A DNA stretch of 64,000 bases, from contig NC_068983.1 in NCBI RefSeq assembly GCF_001194135.2, forward strand, positions 59,690,959 through 59,754,958. Reading direction: 5' to 3'. The DNA is from Octopus bimaculoides. Taxonomy: Eukaryota. Under the pieces are notes generated by a model. The model was not told the origin of the DNA. It ran no database searches and saw nothing but the letters and a program-made list of their open reading frames with translations. The position numbers were made by a program, and so were the translations under genes. Shown here in pieces: positions 26,385 through 40,050 of the stretch. The number at the start of each line of letters is the position of its first letter. Position 1 is the first letter of the stretch.

Positions 26385-27243
26385 ATATATATATATAAGG
26401 ATACATAAATACTTGTCCATCTTTTGTCTCTTTATAAATAAGGAAACAAAAGATGGATAGGTATTTACAGATGGCATTAAACCATTTAAAAAAGATGTTA
26501 TGTTAATATAAACATATTTGGCAAAGAAAAAATATAATCCTTTATACGTATTTGTGTAATGCACATCATTGCTTCAGCTAGCTACTCAGTTTTTGAAACA
26601 GTTCTATCAAAGACCAAATATTTTCTTTACTAAATATATTTTTGTTAATGTAGCATCTTTTATAAATTATTTAATGTCTAATGTTTATCTATTTTTCTCA
26701 TAACCAATCTTGTTTTGTCTGACTTTTTTTTACCCTCATTGAACAGTTGTAGATATGCAAAAAGTTTGCAATGAATACAAGTTAATGTTTACAGCACAGA
26801 GCATTAAAAAAATTAATTACAAATAAATAATCAGATAGAAAAGGGAAACAGTATCAGTCCGACACTTTTCCCCTTTCTAGCATGCAGGGGAGACAACTCT
26901 GGTCATATTTCAATCTCATTATCTCATCAACATGTTGGCATATTTAGTTGGTAAAGTAGATTGGCTGACTGGGTTTCATCTGTGTCTATTATAATCAACA
27001 TTCCTTTTATTTTCAATAATTTTTATCATATAGGCTCAGGAACAGGGGTTGCATGGGGAGCAAGTGGAACCACTAAAATGATGCTTGCAGGGAGGAAGGC
27101 AATGAAAATGATTTGTACTTTCTCCAGAAAATCTTCACCACCAAAACAAACATAGAAATATTTTTTGACTCATTTGAAACATTACTTTTCCATTAGTGGT
27201 TTTATCTGATTTCATCGGTGTACAAATATTATTACTATTACTA

Positions 27244-27278
<35 letters not shown>

Positions 27279-27280
<2 letters not shown>

Positions 27281-27978
27281 GTGTAATGTCAATGTGAATA
27301 CCCGTCAGAGTATAAGTATCTTGAGAGAAAAGCTGAACATTAGAAGCANNNNNNNNNNNNNNNNNNNNNNNNNNNNNNNNNNNNNNNNNNNNNNNNNNNN
27401 NNNNNNNNNNNNNNNNNNNNNNNNNNNNNNNNNNNNNNNNNNNNNNNNNNNNNNNNNNNNNNNNNNNNNNNNNNNNNNNNNNNNNNNNNNNNNNNNNNNN
27501 NNNNNNNNNNNNNNNNNNNNNNNNNNNNNNNNNNNNNNNNNNNNNNNNNNNNNNNNNNNNNNNNNNNNNNNNNNNNNNNNNNNNNNNNNNNNNNNNNNNN
27601 NNNNNNNNNNNNNNNNNNNNNNNNNNNNNNNNNNNNNNNNNNNNNNNNNNNNNNNNNNNNNNNNNNNNNNNNNNNNNNNNNNNNNNNNNNNNNNNNNNNN
27701 NNNNNNNNNNNNNNNNNNNNNNNNNNNNNNNNNNNNNNNNNNNCATAAAAGACACCATTTCGAGCGTGGCCGTTTTCGTGCGGGTGACACGTAAAAGCAC
27801 CCACTACACTCTCTGAGTGGTTGGCGTTAGGAAGGGCATCCAGCTGTAGAAACTCTGCCAAATTAGACTGGAGCCTGGTGTTGCCATCCTGTTTCACCAG
27901 TCCTCAGTCAAATCGTCCAACCCATGCTAGCATGGAAAGCGGACGTTAAACGATGATGATGATGATGATGATGATGAT
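27279..27978 (+). mobile_element. 5'-truncated RTE LINE spanning gap 27349-27743
   Basis: MCNVNVNTRQSISILREKLNIRS before the gap. A CpG-rich 3' UTR ending cgttaaac(gat)n follows the gap. Confidence 0.8.
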
Positions 27979-28229
27979 ACCTGTTTTGTTTTGTTATTAA
28001 GATTGAAAAAATCAACCTTGTAAACAATTTTGGACCTGGGTTTGCACCCCTTATGCAAATTTCACTTCCACACCTATGTATACAGAATTTAAATAACATG
28101 AGATCTTTATTTGAAAGAAACTCTGGCTATCAGAATTTCTTTAAGCTTTACTACATATACTGAACCACAATATATTGTTGCAGTTAGCAGTGGATAACAG
28201 GAACACTTTATAACTTCAACTCTGAGATT

Positions 28230-28700
28230 GTATATTTGTTTGGTGTGCAGTTGATAGTGAATGTTAATGTTTGCCTCTCCAGTCTGGAGCCCCTGTTTTG
28301 TCCAGAATATCAACCAACTAGAACCTGTCCAGAAACATGTAGCCTGATGAATATCTTCTGGCAGTCACTTACCATACCTTGAACACCGTTTCTCTGGGGG
28401 CTTTGATACACTAAACTGTTGACATAAAGCATCTGACTTGGTAGAAACCCACAAGATTGTCAGCAATAACAAATTCGACCATCTTTTTCAAGTCATTATC
28501 TCTACTGCTTGTAGGCACGTTTATAAATTCAAAAAACAGCACAACATCCATTACTTTCAGAATCATTTTTTTTTTCCATGTTCATAATTGTCAAAGCATG
28601 GAATAAACTAGCCACAATGACTGTTAGCTGTCAAGACAGAATATCCTTCAAGAATTGCATACTTCCTGGAAATTCACCAATTCTACTCCTGACATCCTCT
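28230..28700 (+). mobile_element. CR1-type LINE 3' fossil
   Basis: FASPVWSPCFVQNINQLEPVQKHVA.., ASDLVETHKIV.. and YKFKKQH...VKAWNKLA..SFKN. Confidence 0.8.
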
Positions 28701-29067
28701 CCACCCTTTCCTCTTTATGGCTTTTTTTAATGTTCACTTTTCTCTCTTCCTGTGTTTTATTCTGTATGCTTTTATGCACTTTTGGTTACTAATGTTGTTT
28801 ACTAATACTCTTTACCTGACTTATAGCTGTTTTGTGCCCCCCCCCTTCACCCTTGTCCACTGAACTGTGCACCTGAGTTCACCTTAATACTGCATACAAT
28901 AACATTGTTATTTTGTATGTGTATTTCGTGTGCAAGATTGTTATTATTATCATTATTATTATTATTATTATCATAATAATCGAACTAGGAATCTTGGGTT
29001 TAGTAGCCCATGCTATTAACCACTATGCCATAATAATAATAATATTATTATTATTATTGTTATTATT

Positions 29068-29224
29068 ACCTTTGCACAGCTTCAAATGCTGGAGATGTAC
29101 TACAGTGTCAGCTGTTCACTACCAGTGAACTAAGGTAACAACTCTTATTTTTCAAGCATCTTCTGGAGTATTCGAGCGGTTCCAAGCAGTGCTGTTTTCT
29201 GCAAGTGCTCCACCCTTATTGCAA
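29068..29224 (-). mobile_element. R4/Dong-like LINE 3' end, family 1
   Basis: Minus strand reads IRVEHLQKTALLGTARILQKMLEK* (stop at 29145-29147), the typical C-terminus of RLE-type R4/Dong ORFs. Flanked by (TAA)n. Confidence 0.7.
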
Positions 29225-29250
29225 TTATTATTATTATTATCATTATTATT

Positions 29251-29523
29251 TACTTTTAATTTGCATGTTTGTTGCAGTCACTTGCTGAGACACACCCAGC
29301 ATCCTAGGGCGAGTGAAGGATAAGAGATGTTACAGTATGACTGAAAGCTTGGGGAGGGAAAGTGGCAGGGGCAGTAGCGAAATATCTTCATGTAATGCAA
29401 CACAACCATTTAAATTGATAAGGATTTTTCTAAGGTTGTGGGCAGTACTTGTCAACACAATCTTTTGGATTTCTCTGAGACATGGTTCACCTAGGATATT
29501 ATCTAGATGTTTCTGACATCCCG
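29251..29523 (-). mobile_element. R4/Dong-like LINE 3' end, family 2
   Basis: Minus strand reads GCQKHLDNILGEPCLREIQKIVLTSTAHNLRKIL. The 3' end ..atgcaaattaaaagtaaa runs into (TAA)n. Confidence 0.65.
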
Positions 29524-29587
29524 TTCTTCTTCTTCTTCTTCTTCTTCTTCTTTTCTTCTTCTTCTTCTTCTTTTCTTCTTCTTCTTC

Positions 29588-29638
<51 letters not shown>

Positions 29639-29656
29639 CCATCATCATCATTATTG
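29524..29656. repeat. Compound (TTC)n(ATC)n microsatellite
   Basis: Direct reading. Confidence 0.95.
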
Positions 29657-29659
29657 TTG

Positions 29660-30210
29660 TTAAAGCAGGGAGCTGCCAATCATTACTGTTACCAGACAAA
29701 ATGCTTTGCATTTATTCCAATATGATGTTCGGAGTTCAAATTCCACCAAGGTTAACTTTGTCTTTCATCTTTTCGGGGTCAATAAATTAAATACCAGTGA
29801 AACACTGGGGTCAATGTAATCAACTTAGCCCCACCCCACCAGATTTCAGGTCTTGTGCCTTTAGTAGAAAGAATTACTATTATTATTATTGAGAGAGTAG
29901 CACACCATCAAAGTGATGTTGGGGTCTGAGGTATAATCATTTGAAGCCCAATATACCCATCATGATTATAATAATTATTATTATTATCATTATTCAAGGC
30001 AGTTAGCTGGCAAAAATGTTAGCACACCAGGCAAAATGCTTAGTGGTATTTTGTCCACCACTATGTTCTGAGTTCAAGTTCCGCCGAGGTCAACTTTGCC
30101 TTTCATCCTTTCAGGGTTAATAAACTAAGTCCAATCAAACACTGGGGTTGATGTTATCGACTAGTTCCCTCCCACAAAATTTCAGTCTTTGTGCCTTTAG
30201 TGGAAAGAAT

Positions 30211-30242
<32 letters not shown>

Positions 30243-30245
30243 ATT
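29660..30245 (+). mobile_element. Two SINE family B copies with (ATT)n tails (about 29660-29880 and 29995-30215)
   Basis: gagttcaa.ttcc.cc.aggt.aactttg.ctttcatc.tttc.ggg core occurs twice. Confidence 0.85.
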
Positions 30246-31214
30246 AATTTTATGATTCTAAATCCTGAATTCCAACCGCACATCTGAATTGAATAGATAC
30301 TATCTCAGCTAAAAATATCTAAATATTGCTTTCCTAAACATTTAAAGAGTATCAACTTATACAACAAGCAGTGGATGTCACTTCTATTTTTTTCTTTTTT
30401 TATCTTTTATTCCAGCATTCTCTAATAGCTTCAGCATATATATGTATTGATTTTTTAATTGGTTAAAAACTCTGTGATTCTGTGAAAAAGAAAAAAAAAG
30501 GAAAAAGAGCAGTGGAATAATCAAATTAACTTTCATCAAATATGACCCACTACAAGTGCATCTTAGAGAGTTCACAGCTCTGCATTAAAATCAATATTTA
30601 ATGTCTTCAGAAAACCAGTTAAGCCTTCAAAACAGTTATTGTGTGGCTCACCTTTTTTTAATCAAATCTTTTACTTTGAAGAACTGCTATTAGTCAGTAG
30701 ATATAAAACACAAGAAATTATTCCTAAATAGAAACAAATCAATATAAATATGAAGGTCTATAAAAAGTATTTCTAATTTTATTGATTTCCAAAGTGTGCA
30801 ATAGGTAGTTTGTTATTTTTTTTTTGTTTTGACTTTCACTTCGAATATCAAGAACATAGATCCATTATTTGCAGTCGTATTTCTAATTTTAATATAACAC
30901 ATTGATGTAACGGCATATTTCAAACGGTTTTATATTCATTTGCTTTTTTTCCATTCCTGCATGACTGGGATAAGATTTTTTTTGTCTTTTATTTTTTCTT
31001 TTATTTTAAATCAAATTTGAATATTTATGTATGAATTGTTACAGCTTGTTGTTATGGTCTGGTTATATCTTGTACTCTTACCTTTCAACTATGAAGTGAA
31101 TAGAAGTAGTCTTTCTTTAACAGAGTACATCTTACTTGCTTCTGTTTGAATCACCAACAGAACCTACTAGGTTTTCAGAAGCAGACTTATGATGGGAAAA
31201 TATTAACGAAGGCA

Positions 31215-31595
31215 AAAGCATGACTAGGTACTTAAAACATTTGCTTGCAACCATATGGCTTTGGGTTTCAACCTTATTACATGGCACCTTGAGAAGGTGG
31301 CTTCTACTTTATTCACTGCCTAAAACCTTGTGAATAGATTTCATCAACAGAAACTGTGTAGAAGTATGTATATGTGTGCAAGTAGTTGTGTTTGTTCCTG
31401 TAACATTCAACTTAAGATGTAAACAGACCAACAAGTGTGGGCTTGTTTTCATCTCTTTAACTTAACAGTTTAGCAAAAGAGACTGATAAAATAAGTACCA
31501 GACAAAAATAAGCACTGGGGTCAATTTGCATAACCTAACCCAACGATATAGTGCTCCATCATGGCTGCAGTCCAATGAATGAAACTAGTAAAAGA
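31215..31595 (+). mobile_element. SINE family A, diverged
   Basis: Head and tail motifs alignable to 32087-32578. Confidence 0.65.
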
Positions 31596-31778
31596 GTATA
31601 CCCCACACCAAGTGAAAGAGGAAACATCTACATAGCTACTTGACTTGCTAGCAATAGCTATCAAATCTCCCCCAAATCATGTTTTACCATCTTAAAGAAA
31701 GAGAATATTAAGTAATGTATTTCAAAATAAAAATGGAATGGTTAAGGCTGAATTGTTTTTGTCTGTGTATCTAAATAA

Positions 31779-31813
<35 letters not shown>

Positions 31814-31837
31814 AAATCATCATCATCACCCACACAC

Positions 31838-32059
31838 ACAAGAGGGTGCTGAAAAGTTCCTGGCTTTAAGAGTATCATGAAGGGCCTGGTTGGAGTTTCA
31901 ACCTTCCAAGTTCTTTTACAAGACTTAGAAAAACTGAAGGACTGCTACAATAAGTGTGTGAATCTGAGAGGAGAATATGTTGGATAGAATCATGATTAAC
32001 TGATCCGCCTATATTTTCTTTTACCCTAAGCCAGGAACTTTTCAACACCCCCTCATGTA
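31838..32059 (+). mobile_element. Mariner-derived MITE (internal deletion derivative)
   Basis: TIRs gagggtgctgaaaagttcctggctt and aagccaggaacttttcaacaccccctc. The interior encodes a mariner C-terminus, SFYKT*KN.. shifting to ..KLKDCYNKCVNLRGEYVG*. Confidence 0.85.
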
Positions 32060-32086
32060 TCTGTATATATATATATAATGTCCATA

Positions 32087-32236
32087 GATGGCTGTGTGGT
32101 AAGAAGCTTGCTTCACAACCACATGGTTTTGGGTTCAGTCCTACTGCATGGCACGTTGGGCAAGTGTCTTCAACTACAGTCTCAGGTTGAGCAAAGGCTT
32201 ATGAGTGTATTTCGTAGACAGATACTGCAAGAAGGG

Positions 32237-32292
<56 letters not shown>

Positions 32293-32578
32293 ACATGTAT
32301 GTGTGTGCACATGTGTGTGTGTGCACATGTGTGTGTGTGTGCACATGTGTGTGTGTGATTTTGTATGTCAGTGTTGTCACTAATCACTGCTTGACAACTG
32401 GTGTTGCTGTGTTTACATCCCTGTAACTTAGCAGTTCAGCATAAGATATTGATAGAATAAGCACCAGGATTTAAAATAGAATAAGCACTGGGGTCTATCC
32501 ATTTGGCTAAAAATTCTTCAAGGTGCTATTCCAGCATGGCTGCGGTCTAATGACTGGAACAAATAAAAGATAAAAGAT
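32087..32578 (+). mobile_element. SINE family A, near full length with expanded (GT)n
   Basis: tggctgtgtggtaagaagcttgcttc..gggttcagtcc head and ..gactggaacaaataaaagataaaag tail. Confidence 0.9.
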
Positions 32579-33130
32579 ATTTTCAAAAATGACACATTTT
32601 CTGTAATTTCTTATTCCTACACTTTACAACTATTTTGTGGTGTTTTTTTTTTAACTTTTAATTGTTATACTAAATTTTAAATAACCTGATCAACTAGTAT
32701 TGGCCTTCTTCTTTTTCTGTAGGTTAACAAAAACATCTTGGAATTCCAACAATAATTTAAAAAATTAAATAAGATTCTAGATTCTCAGCCAGTATTGACA
32801 TTTAGTTGACTCTTAATGTATGCCTTCATAGAAATAATCAACATTTTAAGTATTGATGATATAATAGTGATTGATGATCGCCATTATATCATCAATACTT
32901 TATATTCAGATAAGAAAAAATGAAAGAGAGAGAGTTATCATCATTAAAATTGTCGCAATAATCTCCATTCATTTTGGAAGAGACCAGGAAAGCAGGGAGA
33001 AAAAAATTAATGTCTTTTTGCAAGGAATTACATTTTCAAATAAAACATTCCAAGTATTTCTTGAATTTTTTTCTACTTTTCATTGATGGTTGGTTGTGGA
33101 ATTTTCAGAAATTTGATTAAAATGTGCACT

Positions 33131-33420
33131 GGCATGGTAGTGTGGTTAAGAAGCATGCTTCCCAATCATGGTGATCTAGGTTCAGTTCCAGTGCATGGTA
33201 CCTTGCTTACTATAGCCCTGGGGTGATAAAAAGTTTGTGAGTGGATTTGACTGATAGAAACTGAAATGAGTCCATCATATATATATATATGATTATGTAT
33301 TATGTGGTTAAGAAACTTGTTTCCCAACCATGTACTTTCAAGTTCAGTTGCACTGTGCAGTACCTAAGGCAAGCCACTTCTACTAGAGCCTTAGTCAAAA
33401 GCTGAAGGAAATCAATAATA
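33131..33420 (+). mobile_element. Two tandem SINE family A 5' halves
   Basis: The head gtggttaagaa.c.tg.ttcccaa occurs at about 33140 and 33304. Confidence 0.7.
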
Positions 33421-33473
<53 letters not shown>

Positions 33474-34429
33474 ATGTGTGTGCATATCTGTATGTAGGTA
33501 TGTACTCTCAAGATCATGTGATGGTTATAATGAAGCATCACAATTAAGCAATATTGATCATTTCTGATCCTCCACAAAATCCATGACTGACTATGGGAAT
33601 ATACTAGCTTGCACTAGAAACATATGAATGTTGGCAACAGGTAGAGCATCTGGCCATAGATAATTTTGTTTGATTCTTTCTTCTTGTTTGTCTATTCTTT
33701 CACACTTCTTTTCAGTGCCAGGTTTTCTATGATTTCTTCATTCTTTCAGTGGTCTGAATCTTGTATTGAAGGAATTAGTTTTTAATTTCAGATTATAGTT
33801 TTTTGCTTGTAAAACTCATTCATTTGCTTGATTCATTCAGTAACTTATTTGTTTAGTCTATTGTCTTTTTTTGTTCTTAAATCATAAAAAAGTATAATAT
33901 TAGATTAGCAACTAAGTATTCTCTTCAGTTTTTTATATCAATTTTCTGCATAACAAATACTACTCCTCTATTTTCCATGTTCAGCTGATCGTATTGGAAC
34001 AATCTTCTATCAATGAACCGATTATTCTATAATTTTAATACAAGAATTGCTAACATAGTCTGACATAGTTTGTATAAAGACATTTAATTATGAGATCAGA
34101 ATTATATAATAATTTCATAAATATCAAGAAGGGAAATCAGTGAACTGTTTCCTAAAAATCATGTCATCTTTTATTTATCTTCCGCTGATGTTTGACCTAG
34201 CTACTTCCACCAACCTTTATATACTGCAGAGTAGCCATGTACCTTCTCTATAGCAAAGCATGTATTTCTATCCTTCTATCATATGTTAGCCTCTCAACAC
34301 CTGGCATATTATTGCCTCCCCCACTCTCTCTCTCTCTCTCTACTATTACTGCTGCTGCTGCTGCTACACTTCCACTCAGTCATGGGTCTCACTCTGTCTT
34401 TTAGTTTTCTCTCATGAGTTACTGGTATC

Positions 34430-34665
34430 CTCACTAGCGATGGAGCCATGAAAAAGATAAAAAGCATCCAGTGCACTCTGTATGTAAAGTGGCTTGTATT
34501 AAATAGAGGGACACAACTGTAGAAATCATGCCAAAGCAGCCACTGGAGTTTGACACAGTCCTTTAGATTGTTAGATCCTGTTGAACAAGCCAACTCATGC
34601 CAGCATAAAATCCAGATGTAAAATGGTGGTTGTGGTGGTGGTTATGATAATGATGATGGTGATAA
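34430..34665 (+). mobile_element. RTE-type 3' tail repeat
   Basis: gcatccagtgcactctgtatgtaaagtgg..actcatgccagcataaaatccagatgtaaaatg then (GRT)n. Confidence 0.6.
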
Positions 34666-37600
34666 CCTTGAAGGCAACAACCTTATAAGACTGACACAAG
34701 AACATCCCAGTGAAAAATAGCATAAAGTTGATAGAATAATTGGCAAATTCATTCAAGTACTTGCCAAGGTATTCCTAGTTCTTTCTGGCACTCATATTTT
34801 TCCTTTTTCTCATGATATTCATTTTCTCTCCCTCCCTCCCTTTCTCTCTCTCTCTCTCACTTTCTCTTTCTCTCTCCTTTTCTCACTCTTTCTCTCTTTC
34901 ACTTTCTACCCCTCTTTCTCTCTCTATTTATGCCTACATTTATGTTTAATGTATATTGAACAATCCAAGCATGACAAATAATTAGTTGTATAATTCATGA
35001 CTATTTCCAATTACTTGTTATTAAAAGAATTATTTAAGCATTTCACTGCTAGCAATACCAAAATAGACTAAAAACTCAGTGCAATTCTTTTATATTCTGA
35101 TACAGTTTGTTCAACTATGTTTTTTTTTTTTGAAAGTTCTATGTAAAAATATTTCTGTTTGTACATGAAACATTATTACATCTTACCATTCTTTCTTCAT
35201 TTTTTTCAAATTTTTTCCGTGATTGCAATCTGTGGAATTCTACATAAACAAACTGGATTCACAATGGATTGAAATTTCTGTTGATTTTAACATATATTTC
35301 TTACATATCTTTTTTAATAGTTAATCCCTTAAAACATTTTTTAAAAATTGCTATGTCAAAAATCATAAATTGATTATTACTCTGGAGCTTTTGTTTCAAA
35401 ACATATCAAATGAAAGGAGAGAAAAAAATGATAAAGAGATATAAAACATCTATAAATAAACACCATGTAGTTTATTTATCATTGTCGAGTGAATGTAGGA
35501 ATCTCTTCTGTATCGCTTGAGGCAAAGATAAGGATGATACCAAAAAAAAAAAAATAATAATAATAATAAAATAAAGAGAAAAATTCTTTATAGATATCAA
35601 TGTTTTCAGTTGATTGATACACCAAACTAAAATTTGTTACAACAAAATAGCAGAAAAGAAAATCAAGATTTGATATTTATTTATATATTTTTATAGCAGA
35701 CACCTTTTTTTTTAAAGTTTTCTTTTTTGTTGCATTTATCATTCTCCCAATCACTGCTGCATACAATCTCACTGGTAATGTTGCAATCATTTATTTTTAT
35801 CACCAAGTACATTAGTACCACCAATGACAATGTATATACTAATCATCACCATCATCATTATCAAGACTATTAGAATCATTATTACCATCACTACTATCAC
35901 AATGATGGAGGCTTCGTCTCATGATCTGATAGTTTGGATTCAAACAGAGAATACAGATTTTATATGTTGATTTCATCAAAAATCATACCTAAAGCAGTTT
36001 TTAAGGTTATATAGTTGCAGTAAGTGCTAAAATTCCACTAAAAAGTCAAGATTCCAACTGTTTTAGCTGTTGGTTGAAGCTTTTTTTCCCCCACTTTATC
36101 ACTATAAACCTGGAACTAGCTTGACCATTATCACTATGTTTCCTTTCTCTTAAAATATAGTATCTTTGTTCTTAGTCAAAAGAAACCAATTTCTGTAGCA
36201 AGTTGTCAGAAACAGTTAAGCATTTGATTAAATAAATGATTGATAGTATTTAGCTTTTTATTCCACCCCTACTTTCTGTTCACTCTAATCTACTGAGATT
36301 TATTCTTATATAAAAGATGGCCCTTGTGTCTAATCAAAAAGAAAGAGTCAACATCTTATGATTTGTGGAGGGTGGTAGAGATACAGATGGCTAAACCTGC
36401 AGAATCTCAGACTTAAGAACTATTTTATCTCTAAAGTATCTTATTCTCTTAAAATTAACTCTTTTTTTTTTAATTACCCCTAGAATTCATAAAATAAATA
36501 CCAGTAGTGCAGTGAATAATATTCAGTTGACTATAGAGCCACCCGCAAAATTCAGTTGTAATCTTTAGTAAGTGTTATATGTTTTCTGAAGGATGGAGAA
36601 TTATAGCAAATACTGAAGAGATATATAATCTCACTGGCAATGTTGCTATCATTTATTTTTATCACCGACTACATTACCACTATCGATAGCAAGGTACAGA
36701 TGAGTCCTCACCATCATCATTATCTATCATCCCTTCACTATATCAATTCCTAACAACAATATTGGAGGACTGCTGACTCTCCTAGGATTAGCAATACTGT
36801 CCTCAGTAGTCAAAACGACAAGAATATCTGAGATGAACTGGTGATGAGAATTTCTCCATTTGTTCTATCTATTGTATGTTCTTCTCAGATGTGCCTAATT
36901 TTTCCTGTATGTGTGTGAGAAAGTGTGTGTGTGTCTGTGCATTCATACACATGAATGTGTGCATGCATGCACACACACACACACACTCGTTTTACAGTAT
37001 CTAGTTCTGATATCTAAAATATTTGCATTCAAATCTTCTTCAGGTCATCACCTTCGTTCTTTCAATCATCTGAAGTTAATGAAATTAGTACCAATAATTA
37101 AAATTTCAATTAACTCCTTAGGTTTTCTTTAATCTTGTCAAAAGAAATCAATATTAGGTCCTCATTGCATTTATCTATCTTCCATGTGGTTTTGTTGTAA
37201 AGAATGACTGTAAATGATGATTCAAAAAATTAAAATGATTATATTATTTCATATAAAATTAATGAAACTTTTAATTTGAAATTGTAACATCAAGATTAAG
37301 CCATTTAATTACTAGTTGTCTGTAATAAAGCCCCATAGGGAATGGTGCCAGGAATTATGAAACTTAGGTATTTTTGCAACAGATGTTCAGAGAAAAGAGT
37401 AGAATGTCAAAGTATATGGCTTCCTGGTATTTTTCTTCTTTTTAGTTTTGCTTCTATATATTCTGAGTTTCTTTTTTTTATTGAGTTTAAAAACATAAAA
37501 TCCACTATTTTATTGAGAATCAATGCAAATGAAAATGCCATCTACAGAAATTAGTTTTGTACCTTGTCAAAAGAATTCAAATTCATTTATATGTAACTAA

Positions 37601-39634
37601 TCTATAGCATGGATACTTAGAGATACAACTGACAAAGTCTTCTGTATTTATTACTAAGGGTTATAAGATTGTTTCACTCCTTCATTTGATATCTGTCTAT
37701 TTGTGCATGTGTGTGTGTGATGGAGTTGAGTGGGGCTTCAGTAGCAGAGTATAGAGTGCATAAAAAGAAACAGTGAGGTTGGATCTCATACTGATAGGCT
37801 TTATGGATGAGATTATAAAAGATTAACGTGAGAAGCAGTATGATGCAAAACAATCCTGGCCAATCTGTGGCAGGATAAAGAAATGGGCATTAAAATATTT
37901 GGGTGAAAGAGGAGGTTGTAGTTGTGGTGATAGCATCGGTAACAGAGAAGGAGGACAGTGATGATGAGGTCAATGTGGAGGTGGATGTTTGGAACACATG
38001 CATGCACACAGACATGTTCAGTGGGAATGGCAAGTCTGAGACTACAGTCTACTATTGTAATTACAGGTTGCACATGTTGGCTGGTATGTAATAGCCCTTT
38101 GCATGTTAACTTGTCATGCACATGCATCTAGTATCAGATTAATATCTTTGTCTTCTTCCATGAGGGATCCTCACTGTGTGTGTGCATTCATGGAGGAAAT
38201 TAATGATGAAATAACAGCTGGGAAGTGAAATTTTGGAATTGAACAGAGGTGAAGGGTAGAGGCTACTAACTATATGAATTCATTTATTCTATGTGTGCAT
38301 TTGTGTGTTTAAATGAGTGTGTATGTGTATGCGTGTGTGTTTGTGTGTGTATGTATATGAATGAAACAAAGAAAGTTATACTATATATTATATGTGTATG
38401 TATGTTTGTATGTTTGTGTGTGTATATGAATGAAATAGTTACTCCACACGTGTGTGTGTGAATGAGACAAAGAGAGTTACTTCATACATCTGTTTGAAAC
38501 TAAAGTATTATTCTATTACAATTCAAAGTTCCTTGTTCTATAGATCATTGTATTGTATTCTCTGTTTGTCTGTCTCTCTCTCTCTCTCTCTATGAATATG
38601 TGTGTGTATTAAAGATTGCCTGTATTAAGTAAATGTCTTTAACAACTGTTACTTGAGGTGGGATAAACGAAATTGAGAAAAAACAAATAAAGGAAACTTT
38701 CTTAACAAAAAGTAAAAATAAAAGCTATCAAGAACAAACATAAGACTAGCTGATATTCTAATATTGCTGATAGTGACACAGACTGTAGAACTCATAACAT
38801 CTATTAGTACGAAGAAAACCAAAGCAATACCTCAATACCTTAGTAATTCTTGTTTTATCAAACATTAAAAATTTTAGTTTTTATTTCTTTCGACTATGAC
38901 AGAAGATCAGAATCTAGATAGAATATGAAAGAGGTTTTCCCCTAGAAAGCTGTCTGGTTAATATTAATTCTGATTATAACTATTAAACATATGTCAACAT
39001 GCATCTCTATGTGTGCATGTGCATACATTCAAGTCTGTTTTGAACTGAATTTTATCAATTATGCATTTTTTCGACTGTGGAATATTTGAAGAATGCTAGA
39101 GAGAATAGAATGCTTACAAAACAAACATAAGTTATAAAAGCCATAAAAGTATTATTTTGAAATTTTTCTATTCTTCCTTCTTAACATTTTATAAAAATTT
39201 TTCTAAAATTTTCTTCTGTTTCTTTTTGTACTTGTGTAAACTCTCTAGAGGTAAACTGAACTGGTAAAAGAGCATTCTTATTTTAATATGTACACTGAGC
39301 ACAGAAATGTGACATGACTGCAGTCAGAATATTTCCCAGGTAGTATTGAATTCAGAAGCAAAATTCTTGAGTTATAAAAAGGTAGAATGAATGGATTCAT
39401 GTAAGAAATTAATGGCAGAATACAGCAGTAAAGTGAAATTTTACAAAGAAATGCACAGTAGTGGAAAGTACAAGGAGATAACTGTATAGATATATCCTTA
39501 TTCCTTATATGGAGTATATAAATTATATGTATCTGTGCATGTGTTTACAATTTCATATTTATACTGGAAGCAGTACAGCATGTGTGTGTGTGTGCACATG
39601 CACATACTCACACACATGCATATGATATGGTTCA

Positions 39635-40050
39635 GTAGCTGCAGGTAAGTCTGTCTGGTTAAGATGTTTACTTCCTGGCCCTTTGATTTTGTGTTCAGTC
39701 TCACTGCGTGTCACTTTTAGCAAATGTCATCTACTATAGCTGTAGGATGACCAAAGCCTTGCAAATAGTTTTGGTAGATGGAAACTAAAAGAAGTCTGTT
39801 GTGTGGAAATAAATGAGTGTGTCTGTGCTAGTATCTTCTTGTCTTGACATTGTGCAACAGTTGTAAACTAGCAACATCATGCAGACAGTATTGTTCATTT
39901 CCAGCCTTCCATGTAAGGCTGGAAACATGCCTGACTATGGGGAAATATTATCTTACATCCAGCCTTTGAAATTTTGTCTCAACAAATTCTGTTTGACATA
40001 TGTAAGCAGGGAAAAGTGAATGTTAAAATGATGATGATGATGATAATTAT
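39635..40050 (+). mobile_element. SINE A head with RTE-like (GAT)n tail (variant A2)
   Basis: Family A head, then gtcttgacat..gggaaatattatctt..gaaaagtgaatgttaaaatgatgat. Confidence 0.6.

Noticed and set aside
25467-27897. Long ORFs of 161-322 aa in the track
   Set aside because: Artefacts of translation through N-gaps; only the short RTE pieces are real.
32087-32165. tRNA-like A/B boxes here and in other SINE heads
   Set aside because: No cloverleaf, and they continue into SINE bodies; they are not tRNA genes.
37903-38091. Acidic 62-aa ORF
   Set aside because: Derived from G/T-rich low-complexity sequence; no motif.
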